DNA of 64,000 nt from Paludibacteraceae bacterium (GCA_017471175.1 JAFUVS010000002.1:14732-78731); one strand, 5' to 3'; positions 47,082 through 57,352 are shown, counted from the first letter of the stretch. Program-made: numbers and translations. Notes: generated by a model from the letters alone, not told the origin.

Positions 47082-49081
47082 AAAAGATTTGGTATCACCC
47101 GTGGACGGTGGCAGTCTGTAACTGGCTGCTGATGATGGTCGTCTTTATGCTGATGCGCCTGTTCTACTATCGGGTAAACATTGACCTCTATCCCAATGTG
47201 AGCGTAGCACACCTATGGGAGATGTGCTTGGGCGGTATCCGCTTTGATATGACCGCCCTACTCTACCTCAACAGCGTCTATTTCGTGCTGATGTTCCTTC
47301 CCCTGCCGTGGCAGTGGCGCACGAACAGGATCTATCAACAAGTGGCGCGCTGGTTTTACCTCATTCCCAATATAGTCGGCATACTGGCTAACGCGGTGGA
47401 TACAGTCTATGTACGTTTTTCCGACCGACGCACCACTGTCGCTTTCTTCTCCGAGTTTGAGAATGACGATAACCTTGTGCATATCTTCCTGACCTCGATG
47501 GTGCAGTACTGGTATGTCTCTCTATTCACCATCGCTTTGATAGCAGCAGTATGCGTATTGATGCGCAGCCCTTATACGAAGCAGAGTAATAAAGACGTGG
47601 AACCAACACGTAATCAGCTTGCCATATTAAGCGGCTGGAAGTACTACATCGCGCAAACCATTTTGCTGTGCGTAAGCGTCTATTTCGTGGTAATAGGTAT
47701 TCGTGGCGGCTTCGGAGCCTTTACTCGACCTATCACATTGAGCAATGCTTTGCAATACACCAACCGTCCTGCGGAAACGAACATCGTTCTTAACACTCCT
47801 TTCTGCCTTATGCGGTCATCGGAAGGGAGCGTCTATCGCAATCCGGGATACTTCACGGAAGAAGAATTGAAATCTGTTTATTCGCCTGTTCATAATGCCC
47901 AACCATCTGTCAGTCAGACCGATTTAAAAAGACTGTTACCTGAAAAGACCAATGTAGTGGTCTTTATCTTAGAGAGCTTTGCCAAGGAGCATTTCGGCTT
48001 CTATAACCACGATTTAGACAATGGTACGTACACGGGTTATACACCTTTCTTGGACTCGCTGCTGACGCATAGTACCACTTTTGTTCATTCGTTTGCCACG
48101 GGTCGCAAGTCGATTGACGCGATGCCGAGTACGTTAGCAAGTATTCCCCGCTTCGGTTCGCCGTATATACTCACCCCCTACTCGACCAATACGGTCAATT
48201 CGTTGGCATCGTGCCTGCGCGAGGAAGGTTACCAAACGGGCTTTTTCCACGGTGCACCCAACGGCAGTATGGGCTTTTCGGCTTTTGCTCGCAGCTGCGG
48301 TTTTGAAGCCTATTACGGCAAGGACGAGTACAATAACAACGATGACTACGACGGCTATTGGGCCATCTGGGATGAGGAGTTCCTGCAATACTATGCCCGC
48401 ACGATGAGCAGTATGCACGAACCTTTTATGACAGCCGTCTTTACTGCCACATCCCACCATCCGTTCCAAGTACCCCAACGATATGAAGGCGTTTTCCCTG
48501 AAGGACCGTCCCCTCTTCATCGTTGCATCGGCTATACGGATAACGCACTTCGCAAGTTCTTTGACTATGCGAAGAGACAGTCTTGGTACGAGAACACTCT
48601 CTTCGTTATTACAGCCGACCACACCAACGAACTGATGCATAGTGAATACCTGAACGACAAAGGTCTGTACGAAGTGCCGATAATCTTCTTTTCGCCGATG
48701 TGGAACGAAGGACGTGTGGACAGTCTCACTGCCGTATCGCAAGCTGATGTAATGCCTTCCGTTTTAGGGGTGTTGGGGTACGACAAACCGTATGTGGCTT
48801 TCGGAGAGGATGTGCTGACACAAACGTATGCACACAAGTACGTAGTCAATTACAATGACCCTATTTATCAGTGCTTCTCCGATAGTCTGCTCTTGCAGTT
48901 TGATGGGCAAGCACCTACCCACTTGTACTGTTTCACACAAGACAGGCTGCTGCAAAACGATTTGCTCAATCAACGCAAGGACGATGAGGAAGTGCAGCGT
49001 ATGCTCCGATACACGAAAGCCTATATACAGCAGTACTACACTCGTATGATTGATAATCGTTTAACAATAGTTTCACAATAG
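47078..49081 (+). CDS. LTA-synthase/sulfatase-family membrane protein (phosphoglycerol/phosphoethanolamine transferase-like)
   Basis: Five N-terminal TM segments and an extracellular alkaline-phosphatase-superfamily domain (VVFILESF...[11 protein letters not shown]...ITADH). Start overlaps the pth stop (ATGA). Confidence 0.8.
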   Translation: MKKIWYHPWTVAVCNWLLMMVVFMLMRLFYYRVNIDLYPNVSVAHLWEMCLGGIRFDMTALLYLNSVYFVLMFLPLPWQWRTNRIYQQVARWFYLIPNIVGILANAVDTVYVRFSDRRTTVAFFSEFENDDNLVHIFLTSMVQYWYVSLFTIALIAAVCVLMRSPYTKQSNKDVEPTRNQLAILSGWKYYIAQTILLCVSVYFVVIGIRGGFGAFTRPITLSNALQYTNRPAETNIVLNTPFCLMRSSEGSVYRNPGYFTEEELKSVYSPVHNAQPSVSQTDLKRLLPEKTNVVVFILESFAKEHFGFYNHDLDNGTYTGYTPFLDSLLTHSTTFVHSFATGRKSIDAMPSTLASIPRFGSPYILTPYSTNTVNSLASCLREEGYQTGFFHGAPNGSMGFSAFARSCGFEAYYGKDEYNNNDDYDGYWAIWDEEFLQYYARTMSSMHEPFMTAVFTATSHHPFQVPQRYEGVFPEGPSPLHRCIGYTDNALRKFFDYAKRQSWYENTLFVITADHTNELMHSEYLNDKGLYEVPIIFFSPMWNEGRVDSLTAVSQADVMPSVLGVLGYDKPYVAFGEDVLTQTYAHKYVVNYNDPIYQCFSDSLLLQFDGQAPTHLYCFTQDRLLQNDLLNQRKDDEEVQRMLRYTKAYIQQYYTRMIDNRLTIVSQ

Positions 49082-49150
49082 TTTAGCAATAGTTTCACAA
49101 TCGTCGCACAACAGTTAAACAACCGCTAAACAACCTAAACAACCTAAACA

Positions 49151-49555
49151 ATGGACGTTCGCGTTGATAAATATCTGTTTGCAATGCGCATCTATAAGAC
49201 GCGCTCTATCGCAGCCGATGCCTGCAAAGCGGGTCGCGTCACGATGAACGGCGTGCCGCTCAAGCCGTCCCGCACCTTCAGCATTGGCAACAAGTTCTCC
49301 GTGCGCAAAGGTCCCATCACTTATACGTATGAGATTCTCCGCTTGAGCGAGAACCGTCTCGGTGCCAAACTCGTACCCGAATACCTGCGGGACATAACCC
49401 CACCTGACCAACTCGAACTGCTTGAGCTGTCCCGATTGTCCGCACAGGCCTATCGCGACCGTGGTACAGGTCGTCCTACCAAGAAAGACCGCCGTGACAT
49501 CGAGCAGTTTATCGCCGACTTCGACGAATGGGACGAGGAAGAAGACTCCGAATAA
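49151..49555 (+). CDS. S4-domain RNA-binding protein (Hsp15-like)
   Basis: MDVRVDKYLFAMRIYKTRSIAADACKAGRVTMNG is an S4 motif. The tail is basic then acidic. Confidence 0.85.
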   Translation: MDVRVDKYLFAMRIYKTRSIAADACKAGRVTMNGVPLKPSRTFSIGNKFSVRKGPITYTYEILRLSENRLGAKLVPEYLRDITPPDQLELLELSRLSAQAYRDRGTGRPTKKDRRDIEQFIADFDEWDEEEDSE

Positions 49556-49582
49556 TCTGAATACTCTGAAAAATCCGACACT

Positions 49583-50032
49583 ATGAAATCAAAGAAAGAG
49601 AATATAGCCGAATACATCTTGTACTTGTGGCAGTTAGAGGACTACCTGCGTGCTTTCCCCGAACAAGCCAACGACCATCCCGAGTTGGACGAGATCCTGC
49701 GTATGATGCACGAAGAAGGCGTGATGCAACAAGGGCATATCCAATTAGCACAGATTGCGTTGGGCGAGATGGAAGACCTGCACGAAGAACTGCTTGCCAC
49801 CGAGGCTCCCTATCGTGCCGTCATTCAGCACCTTTCGCCGCAACTCAACCTGCTGAAAGCCAAGACCGACCGACCGCAAATGTCGGATGTGGAGGCTTGT
49901 CTGACCCTACTCTATCAAGTTATGATGTTGCGCCTTCAGAAGAAACCTATCAGCGAAGCCACCGAAGTAACTATGAAGGATGCCACCCAACTGCTGCGCT
50001 TCCTGAGCAAGACCTACTACGATGGACTATAA
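49583..50032 (+). CDS. DUF4924-family protein
   Basis: KKENIAEYILYLWQLEDYLRAF...EGVMQQGHIQ resembles the DUF4924 pattern, from memory. Confidence 0.65.
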   Translation: MKSKKENIAEYILYLWQLEDYLRAFPEQANDHPELDEILRMMHEEGVMQQGHIQLAQIALGEMEDLHEELLATEAPYRAVIQHLSPQLNLLKAKTDRPQMSDVEACLTLLYQVMMLRLQKKPISEATEVTMKDATQLLRFLSKTYYDGL

Positions 50033-50036
50033 CAAA

Positions 50037-50060
50037 AACAACCGCTCTTTCGGGTGGTTG
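50037..50060. terminator. Hairpin between convergent genes
   Basis: Stem acaaccgc / gtggttgt (one G-U pair) with an 8-nt loop. Confidence 0.45.
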
Positions 50061-50083
50061 TTGTCGTTGTATATCAATTTGGT

Positions 50084-51532
50084 TTATCTTCTTGCTCTTG
50101 TAGTACCGGTGCCCGAGGAGGAGCTGCGCGTATCGGATTGTTTGACTGTAGCAGGTTGTTTCGTTGCGGATGAACGTGTCGTACTGCTACGTTCTGAAAC
50201 ATTGCTGCGTACGGACTGCTGTCCGCTTGCGCGGTCGGTCTTCGTTGTCGTGGTTACCTTCCTCGTGGAGGTAGCAATCGGACTTTTTGTCGTGGTAGTC
50301 GTTGTGGTCTTGGTTTGGGTAGGTGATGCTTGCACACGGGTGTTGGTAGTAATTTGCTTGTCGCCGTCCACCATTCGGGTGGTGGATGTAGTACGGGTCG
50401 TATTGCCCGATGTGCGCGAAGTGGTCGTGGTGGTACTATTGGCAGTCCGACTCGTGGTCGTTACTTTCCCCTTTATATTGCTATTGGCACTTGCGCGTGT
50501 GCTTGTTGTTGCACTTGTGTTTGCCTGCGTGCTTGTACTTGTTCGCGTAGCAGCAGTTGCGCGCGTGCTTGTTCCTGTGTTTGTATTAGTTGATGTAGAA
50601 CTGGCTCTTGTACCGGAGGTAGTCGAACTGGCTCTTGTGCCGGAAGTGGAAGAAGAAGATTGCCCGCGCGAAGATATAGTGCGGGTGGAAGTGATGTCGC
50701 GCGTGCCGGACAATTGCCTTGCATTGGTGGCACGAGTGCCGTTATAGATAGTCGTTGAGCGGGCAGAGAAAGCACGGTCGGGGTACTGCTGACCATAATC
50801 GTTGCGCCGATAGGACTGATAAACAGACGGGTAATTATTGTAATGGTACGTGGTGGAATAGCCAAAGTCGGAGCAATAGTAATGATTGGTAATATAGATG
50901 TCGATGTGCGAATAGTAGGTCTGTTGCGGTTTAGGAGCCCAATGCTGGTGGTGAGAGGGATAATGGTTCCAACTGTAAGGCGATGACCAAACCCTGTAGT
51001 TGGCACCCCAATGAGAGTAGATAGCGGGGCGGCTGACAAAGGTCGGCTCAATAATGTAGTTGGTGCCGTATAAATACGGATTGCCGACAATCTGCGTATA
51101 GTAGTTATTCTCAACCACTATCGTAGCCACGTCCTGATAGGCATTGTAGGCATACACGTCCTGAATGATAATGAGGTGCGTACCGTTATAGATCTGTTCG
51201 ACCACCCGGAGGTAATCCACATAGCCGTCGCGGTTGAGATCCAGATTGCTGATTTGACGCGAATAGTCGTTCAGATACCATTCAAACTCTTCCAAGGTTC
51301 GTGCCTCTGCAAAAGCGATGGCCACTGCCTGAAGGTCAAGGTCATAACTAAGGTCTGATGTCGCATTGACATAGACCGTTTTAGTGGGTGTTACTACCGT
51401 GTTGCTTACCACGGTCTTAGTCGGCTGCTTGACAACCATGGTGGTAGGCTGCTTGGTCGTAACCGGCGCGGTGATAATACATGCCTGCAAGCCCAAGGCT
51501 GCAGCAAGAAGACAAAACAAGTTCTTTTTCAT
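50084..51532 (-). CDS. Lipoprotein with aromatic-rich middle region and a 225-aa Thr/Ser/Arg low-complexity tail
   Basis: Lipobox LGLQAC in MKKNLFCLLAAALGLQACII and a DLNRDGYVDYLRVVE segment. A Tyr/His/Trp-rich stretch precedes the tail (TSGTRASSTTSGTRASSTS..., KTTTTTTTK...). Confidence 0.75.
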   Translation of the reverse strand: MKKNLFCLLAAALGLQACIITAPVTTKQPTTMVVKQPTKTVVSNTVVTPTKTVYVNATSDLSYDLDLQAVAIAFAEARTLEEFEWYLNDYSRQISNLDLNRDGYVDYLRVVEQIYNGTHLIIIQDVYAYNAYQDVATIVVENNYYTQIVGNPYLYGTNYIIEPTFVSRPAIYSHWGANYRVWSSPYSWNHYPSHHQHWAPKPQQTYYSHIDIYITNHYYCSDFGYSTTYHYNNYPSVYQSYRRNDYGQQYPDRAFSARSTTIYNGTRATNARQLSGTRDITSTRTISSRGQSSSSTSGTRASSTTSGTRASSTSTNTNTGTSTRATAATRTSTSTQANTSATTSTRASANSNIKGKVTTTSRTANSTTTTTSRTSGNTTRTTSTTRMVDGDKQITTNTRVQASPTQTKTTTTTTTKSPIATSTRKVTTTTKTDRASGQQSVRSNVSERSSTTRSSATKQPATVKQSDTRSSSSGTGTTRARR

Positions 51533-51630
51533 ATTCGTTTTGGTATTTAATTTGCGCTATTGCGTAAGGGTGTTCCTATGAATTTACCCTATCGGCGGCA
51601 AAAGTACAAAAAACTATCCGTTATACCCTA

Positions 51631-51655
51631 AAAATGTGCATTTTTTGCACATTTT
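51631..51655. promoter_or_regulatory. Perfect 10-bp palindrome in a divergent promoter region (candidate operator)
   Basis: aaaatgtgca-ttttt-tgcacatttt. The right arm overlaps the -33 TTTG of the nth promoter. Confidence 0.35.
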
Positions 51656-51675
51656 AGAATAACTCGCTACCTTTG
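51644..51675 (+). promoter_or_regulatory. Promoter for nth
   Basis: TTTG 51644-51647, 20-nt spacer, TACCTTTG 51668-51675. Confidence 0.6.
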
Positions 51676-51710
51676 CGCTTGTTTTTCTGACTATTCGGAC
51701 AAAATCCACG

Positions 51711-52361
51711 ATGAACAAGATGACTACCAAGCAACGATATGAACGAGTATTGGGATGGTTTGCAGCGAATGCAACTTCTGCCGAGTCGGAATTAGTCTTC
51801 GCCAATCCTTTTCAACTGTTAATAGCAGTAATGCTCTCGGCGCAATGCACCGACAAGCGGGTCAATCAAGTTACGCCCGCTCTGTTTGCCGCCTACCCTA
51901 CGGCTCAAGATTTAGCGCAAGCCTCAAAAGAGGATGTACTTCGTTATATTCATTCGGTCAGTTACCCAAACTCAAAGGCAGAACACTTGGTCGGTATGGC
52001 ACAGCGGTTGGTAAGTGAATACGGCGGCGAAGTGCCTCACTCACTTGAGGAGTTGGTGACGCTGCCGGGTGTGGGACGCAAGACCGCCAACGTCATATTG
52101 GCTGTGATATGGTCAGAGCCGACCATGGCGGTGGATACGCATATCTTCCGGGTGAGTGAGCGCATCGGACTGACTACCAACAGCAAGAACGTGCTGCTAA
52201 CCGAAAAAACACTGACTCGCTATATTCCCGCCGAATTGATTCCCAAGGCACATCACTGGTTACTGCTGCACGGCAGGTATGTCTGCCAAGCCCGAAAGCC
52301 GAAATGCGAGATGTGCGGAATAAAAGAATATTGTCGAGACTATCAAAAAAAGCACCTGTAA
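51711..52361 (+). CDS. nth: Endonuclease III
   Basis: HhH-GPD motif LVTLPGVGRKTANVIL and C-terminal 4Fe-4S cluster CQARKPKCEMCGIKEYC. Confidence 0.95.
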   Translation: MNKMTTKQRYERVLGWFAANATSAESELVFANPFQLLIAVMLSAQCTDKRVNQVTPALFAAYPTAQDLAQASKEDVLRYIHSVSYPNSKAEHLVGMAQRLVSEYGGEVPHSLEELVTLPGVGRKTANVILAVIWSEPTMAVDTHIFRVSERIGLTTNSKNVLLTEKTLTRYIPAELIPKAHHWLLLHGRYVCQARKPKCEMCGIKEYCRDYQKKHL

Positions 52362-52378
52362 AGGTGCTTTTCTGTTTT
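52345..52378. terminator. Bidirectional intrinsic terminator between nth and rplS
   Basis: A-run, stem agcacct / aggtgct with loop gtaa, then a T-run. The nth stop codon lies in the loop. Confidence 0.7.
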
Positions 52379-52399
52379 CCTCGAAATAAAATGCGGGTC

Positions 52400-52753
52400 T
52401 TATTTGACACGACGCTCGGGGATGCGCGCTTTCTTACCGGTCAGGTCACGCAGGTAATAAAGTTTAGCGCGGCGCACTTTACCATACTTATTGACGGTGA
52501 TGCGCTCAATGAAGGGGCTGTCCATCGGGAAGATACGTTCTACGCCGACATTGCCGGACATCTTACGAACGGTGAAGCGTTTCTTGTTCTCCGAGCCGTG
52601 AATAGCAATCACATCGCCACGGAACTCCTGGATACGCTCCTTGTTACCTTCTTTAATACGATACGCTACGGTGATCTGGTCACCTGCTGCGAAAGCCGGA
52701 AACTCTTTCTTCTCGCCGGCAAATGCCTCTTCGGCAATCTTCATCAAATCCAT
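52400..52753 (-). CDS. rplS: 50S ribosomal protein L19
   Basis: MDLMKIAEE...FAAGDQITVAYRIKEGNKERIQEFRGDVIA...RRAKLYYLR. Start chosen at ATG 52753. Confidence 0.95.
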   Translation of the reverse strand: MDLMKIAEEAFAGEKKEFPAFAAGDQITVAYRIKEGNKERIQEFRGDVIAIHGSENKKRFTVRKMSGNVGVERIFPMDSPFIERITVNKYGKVRRAKLYYLRDLTGKKARIPERRVK

Positions 52754-52891
52754 TGTACTATAATTGGTTTTAATGGTTACCTCGGTTATAGTATTCGCTA
52801 CTGTTCTCAAGACGTAAATCTAATTGTTAATCAATAGTTTTCAGCCTTGATATGTCTGATCGCCAGAGACTATATCCGAAAAAAAATCGCG

Positions 52892-52923
52892 CAAAAGTAT
52901 TGTGTTTTTTTTACTTACACAAA
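52892..52923 (-). promoter_or_regulatory. Promoter for rplS
   Basis: Minus strand has TTTG (52920-52923), a 20-nt spacer and TACTTTTG (52892-52899), leaving a ~135-nt leader. Confidence 0.65.
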
Positions 52924-52951
52924 CTTTTATCGAAATATCGTGCTTTTTTCA

Positions 52952-52983
52952 TTTGGCAACGTGCATTATTTGCCTTACTTTTG
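52952..52983 (+). promoter_or_regulatory. Promoter for the 53080 lipoprotein / beta-barrel gene pair
   Basis: TTTG 52952-52955, 20-nt spacer, TACTTTTG 52976-52983. Confidence 0.6.
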
Positions 52984-53079
52984 CGGCGCAAAAAGGTGCG
53001 AAAAGGTTCGCAAAGAGGAGTAAAGGTGCTGAAAGAAGACGCGTTAGGCAACGGATAAACCAACTAACCAACTGTATAT

Positions 53080-54993
53080 ATGAAACAAACCAAACTCTTT
53101 TTCTTGTCGATGGCAGTCGTCTTGTTGGCGGGTTGCAAAGAGAAAATCGAAATCGACAAGGTTGACTCATCGATGTCGGTGAACACAGGCATAGCCGCCC
53201 CTATTGTTACCATCAAGGCTCCCTTGGATGAGATACTGGGGATTAGTGACAAGACAGGCAAAAGCAGCCAAGTGGATTGGATCTATGCTAAAATGCCCGG
53301 AAATAAAGACGAGCAACTGCGCGACATCAAGGACAGCACACTTTATTTCCGCGACACGTTTGACATCACGCGCGATTTCCACCCCATCGAATTGAGTAGT
53401 TTTATTAAGCCGGTTGTCGAAACGCTTAATATCTACGAGCAGGCGCAGAAACTGAATTGTCCCATTGTATCTGGCAAGATGACGATACCGGCAGCCACTC
53501 CTGCCAAATTCAGTTTTCCGCTGACAGTTACTTTAGATAGTCTGAACGCTCCTGAATTCACCAATCGTGTGGACTTGATGAAGATTTCCACGGCACGTTT
53601 CCGCTCGTTACTTTCTACCAATTTCGGTTTGAAAGACGCTGATATTCAAGCTGTAAAACTCAAGATGCCACAGGAGTTCACCACGCTCAAAGGCAAACCT
53701 ATGTCGGACGTGCGTCTGCCTTACCACGTAGAGGGAGATACCACGTTTATAGAGCTGAAGAAGTTCCTCATCAACCTGCAAAAAGAGGGCGCAACTCGGG
53801 ACAAACGGCGTGATTATATGATTAACGAAGTTACGTTTACCATTGAGTTTTCGCTCTTTACAACACACCCTATCGTAGTGGACGCATCCTCTTCTATTCG
53901 CTATACATTTGACGTGCAACTGCTTACGTATGATGCACTGTACGGATACTTTGACCCTTCTACTTGGATGGAAGACAAGGATACGCTTGTCTTGGCAGAG
54001 GAATGGCCGGCTTGGAAAGATATTCAACGTCTCCAAATGCATTTCCGCTATCCTTCCATTCGCTTGATTGCCGAACACCAAATCGGTACGGAAGAAGGCT
54101 GCCCGCTCCACGTTAATCTCAAGCACATCGGTGTAGCCACTCAAGATGAGATGGGCAATGTCGGCGAGTTTGTAAATGCCAAATTCGGCGAGAACGGCGA
54201 CAGAGAAACGGAAACTTGGCCGCTGTACGAGAACGGCGTAGAATCGAGTTGGATTGACCCGCTCAACGACAATTTAGACAAATGGGCACGAAACGAATAT
54301 ATAGTAGGATATACCGATTACGACTCAAAGAAACACGTTGGCGATGTGGACAAACTCTTTGAAATTCGTCCCGACGTAATCGGCTACGAATATGATATTA
54401 CAGTAGGTCCGAAGAATAATCCTATGTTCGGCATCGGTTCGCAATTGCGCGTGGTAAACAACACGAAGATTGACCTGCACGCCGTGACCGTAGTTCCTTT
54501 CGTATTGGGCGAAGGGTCGGAAGTGGAATACACCGATACGGTGGAAGTGGACTTCTCGGGTGTTAATTTTGACTCCATCACCAATTCGGTGGAATGGTTA
54601 GACTCTATCAATAGCGGTACTATTTACCTCTATTTGTATGCCAAGAACTCGATTCCCTTCAAGATAGGTGCCGACTACACATTCCTTGACGGTAAAGGTC
54701 AGAAAGTGGAACTACCTCTAATTGACGACAAGGACGGCAAACCATCCTATCATCTTGAGATTCCCGCTCCCCAAGCCTACGACTCGAACGGCAAGGTAAC
54801 GAAGACGGGCGACAATACCATCATTCTACGTGTAACGCATGACGACTTCGACAAACTGCAAAGTATCAAACAAATAGTCTTTAACGCATCCGTGGATACG
54901 AATCCGCAACACGCTACCATCTTTACGCGTTCCGGTTTGGACGTAACGGTGGGCATTTCGGCGACTATTGATGCTATCATCAAACTTTTCTAA
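53080..54993 (+). CDS. Hypothetical lipoprotein (637 aa)
   Basis: Lipobox MKQTKLFFLSMAVVLLAGCKEK. I recognise no family. Confidence 0.75.
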   Translation: MKQTKLFFLSMAVVLLAGCKEKIEIDKVDSSMSVNTGIAAPIVTIKAPLDEILGISDKTGKSSQVDWIYAKMPGNKDEQLRDIKDSTLYFRDTFDITRDFHPIELSSFIKPVVETLNIYEQAQKLNCPIVSGKMTIPAATPAKFSFPLTVTLDSLNAPEFTNRVDLMKISTARFRSLLSTNFGLKDADIQAVKLKMPQEFTTLKGKPMSDVRLPYHVEGDTTFIELKKFLINLQKEGATRDKRRDYMINEVTFTIEFSLFTTHPIVVDASSSIRYTFDVQLLTYDALYGYFDPSTWMEDKDTLVLAEEWPAWKDIQRLQMHFRYPSIRLIAEHQIGTEEGCPLHVNLKHIGVATQDEMGNVGEFVNAKFGENGDRETETWPLYENGVESSWIDPLNDNLDKWARNEYIVGYTDYDSKKHVGDVDKLFEIRPDVIGYEYDITVGPKNNPMFGIGSQLRVVNNTKIDLHAVTVVPFVLGEGSEVEYTDTVEVDFSGVNFDSITNSVEWLDSINSGTIYLYLYAKNSIPFKIGADYTFLDGKGQKVELPLIDDKDGKPSYHLEIPAPQAYDSNGKVTKTGDNTIILRVTHDDFDKLQSIKQIVFNASVDTNPQHATIFTRSGLDVTVGISATIDAIIKLF

Positions 54994-55012
54994 TCATAAG
55001 GAGGACACAACA

Positions 55013-56533
55013 ATGAAAAAATTTTGGATTGCTATTCTTGCCCTCCTTCTGACGGGAGCGACAATGGTTCAGGCACAAGAGGTTAATACCTTGTATTTCT
55101 TGGAGAACTCACCAATGCGGCATAAGATTAACCCTGCATTTCAGCCTGTCAGCCGCGTATATGTAGGTATATCTCCGCTGCATTACATGTCTTATTCGGT
55201 AGGAAATAATGCACTTGCGCTCAACGACCTTATATACAGCAAAAACGGCAAACTGATTACGGCTCTCTATCCGGGTGAAACGGACAAATTAGCCAAACGG
55301 CTGAAATACGACTTTCGCTCGACGATGAACACCGAGTTGGCTCTTTTGAATTTCGGTTCACGCACGAAGGACTCAACGGGCTATTTCCACGTAGGTCTGA
55401 ACGAACGTATAGAGAGTACCTTGGTCTTGCCGGGTGACATTTACAGTGCCTTGAGCAGCGGTACTGCCACGCCGGGCGGCAGAAGAGTCGATCTGCAAAC
55501 GCTGTCGCTCAATGTGCAGGCAATTACCGAGTTGTCGGTAGGATACAGCCGTAAAGTCAACGACAAGTGGATAGTCGGCGGTAAAGTGAAGTTCCTCTAT
55601 GGCAACGCCTTTGTGGACTTGCGCACCAACAATGCCTATTTCGATATGTATCCCGACCGTTTGCACGCTACCATTAACGGCGATGTGAATTTAGCCGCTC
55701 CTATTAACGACCTTCCTGCTCGCATCGACAAGGCTAATATAAGCGATATTCCCAACCTCTTTGAACCCGATATCAAATCCATCCTTAAGCCGAGAGGTTT
55801 GGGCGGAGCCATTGACTTGGGTTTCACCTATAAGCCCGTCAAGCAATTCCAGATAGCCGTTTCGGTAACCGACCTCGGTTTTGTTCACTGGGACTCCTAT
55901 ACCTACTCTATCAAGGGTGATACGACCTACACCGGTCCGGTAATGCACTATAGCGAACTGACCGACGAAACAGCCGAAGAGCAGAACAGAGGCATCAACT
56001 CGGTGTTTGACACGATTGCCGAGTATGCAACTGCCTTTATGGAAGAGAGTTTAGTAGGTGTCCGCTCCGGCGATAAGGGCGTGAACAGAATGACCAATAC
56101 CCGCCTGCACGTAGGTTTGGATGCCAATTTCTGCGAGAATAAGATAGGTATCGGCGTATATTCCGCCACACAGTTCCGCAACCGCCGCGTGTATGAAGAA
56201 GTTACGTTAGGTTTGGCTATCCGTCCCGTGAACTGGTTCAACCTCGCACTGAGCTACTCATTTATGAACGGAAGATGGAATTCGATGGGTGCCGGCTTGA
56301 GCTTTATGCCTTACGACGGTCTCAACCTTACCGTAATGACCGACTATATACCTTTCACGTATGCGGATGTTAATTACGATGGTAAGTCGGTTACAGTACC
56401 CTACAAGATGAAGGGTTTGAACTTGGCTTTTGGTGTAACCATCGTGGCAGGAACCAATCCGAAAAAGGCGAAGAAAGAGGCACTTGCCGTTCCGGAAAAG
56501 ACCAATGAGATACCTACCAACACCGATCTATAA
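55013..56533 (+). CDS. Putative outer-membrane beta-barrel protein (PorP/SprF-like or DUF5723-like N-terminus)
   Basis: Signal peptide MKKFWIAILALLLTGATMVQAQ followed by NTLYFLENSPMRHKINPAFQP. The sequence shows an alternating beta-strand pattern throughout. Starts 19 nt after the lipoprotein gene. Confidence 0.6.
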   Translation: MKKFWIAILALLLTGATMVQAQEVNTLYFLENSPMRHKINPAFQPVSRVYVGISPLHYMSYSVGNNALALNDLIYSKNGKLITALYPGETDKLAKRLKYDFRSTMNTELALLNFGSRTKDSTGYFHVGLNERIESTLVLPGDIYSALSSGTATPGGRRVDLQTLSLNVQAITELSVGYSRKVNDKWIVGGKVKFLYGNAFVDLRTNNAYFDMYPDRLHATINGDVNLAAPINDLPARIDKANISDIPNLFEPDIKSILKPRGLGGAIDLGFTYKPVKQFQIAVSVTDLGFVHWDSYTYSIKGDTTYTGPVMHYSELTDETAEEQNRGINSVFDTIAEYATAFMEESLVGVRSGDKGVNRMTNTRLHVGLDANFCENKIGIGVYSATQFRNRRVYEEVTLGLAIRPVNWFNLALSYSFMNGRWNSMGAGLSFMPYDGLNLTVMTDYIPFTYADVNYDGKSVTVPYKMKGLNLAFGVTIVAGTNPKKAKKEALAVPEKTNEIPTNTDL

Positions 56534-56597
56534 ACCCTCGGCAAAACGTAGATTATACTAAAAAGCAAAACATAGAATTATACCAAACAACAATACT

Positions 56598-57317
56598 ATG
56601 GGAAGAGCATTTGAATATCGCAAAGCGACCAAACTGAAACGTTGGGGACACATGGCCCGCACGTTCACCAAACTCGGTAAAGAAATCACTATTGCAGCCC
56701 GTGAGGGCGGAGCCGATCCGGATGGCAACCCGCGTCTGCGTATGCTTATTCAGCAGTGCAAACGCGAAAATATGCCCAAAGAAAACATCGACCGCGCCAT
56801 CAAAAAAGCCACCGACAAGAACGCTGAAGGCTACAAGGAGATTAACTACGAAGGCTACGGACCGCATGGCATAGCCATCTTCATCGAAACGGCTACGGAC
56901 AACCACATGCGTACCGTCGCCAACATACGCTCCTATTTCACCAAACACGGCGGCACACTCGGTACACAGGGCTGTCTGCAGTTCCTTTTCGACCGCAAAG
57001 CCTGCTTCACCATCACACGAAAAGACGATGTGGATCTGGACGAACTCGAACTCGAACTCATTGACTTCGGCGTAGAAGAATTGGGTGTGGACGAGGAAGA
57101 AAACACCATCGTCATCTACTCCGACTTCGACCAGTACAGCGGCATGCAGAAGTACTTGGAAGACCACGGATTTGAGATTCAGTCCTGCGAGTTTGTCCGT
57201 ATTCCGAACGACACGAAGACCTTGACGGACGAGCAGCGCGAAAGCGTACAGAAACTCATTGACAAGATTGAGGAAGACGAGGACGTTCAGAACGTCTTCA
57301 CGAATCTTGCCGATTAG
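56598..57317 (+). CDS. YebC/PmpR-family transcriptional regulator
   Basis: MGRAFEYRKATKLKRWGHMARTFTKLGKEITIAAREGG... is characteristic of the family. 239 aa. Confidence 0.93.
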   Translation: MGRAFEYRKATKLKRWGHMARTFTKLGKEITIAAREGGADPDGNPRLRMLIQQCKRENMPKENIDRAIKKATDKNAEGYKEINYEGYGPHGIAIFIETATDNHMRTVANIRSYFTKHGGTLGTQGCLQFLFDRKACFTITRKDDVDLDELELELIDFGVEELGVDEEENTIVIYSDFDQYSGMQKYLEDHGFEIQSCEFVRIPNDTKTLTDEQRESVQKLIDKIEEDEDVQNVFTNLAD

Positions 57318-57352
57318 ACTTTTCGGCAATTATCGAAACGCAACAATCCGTT

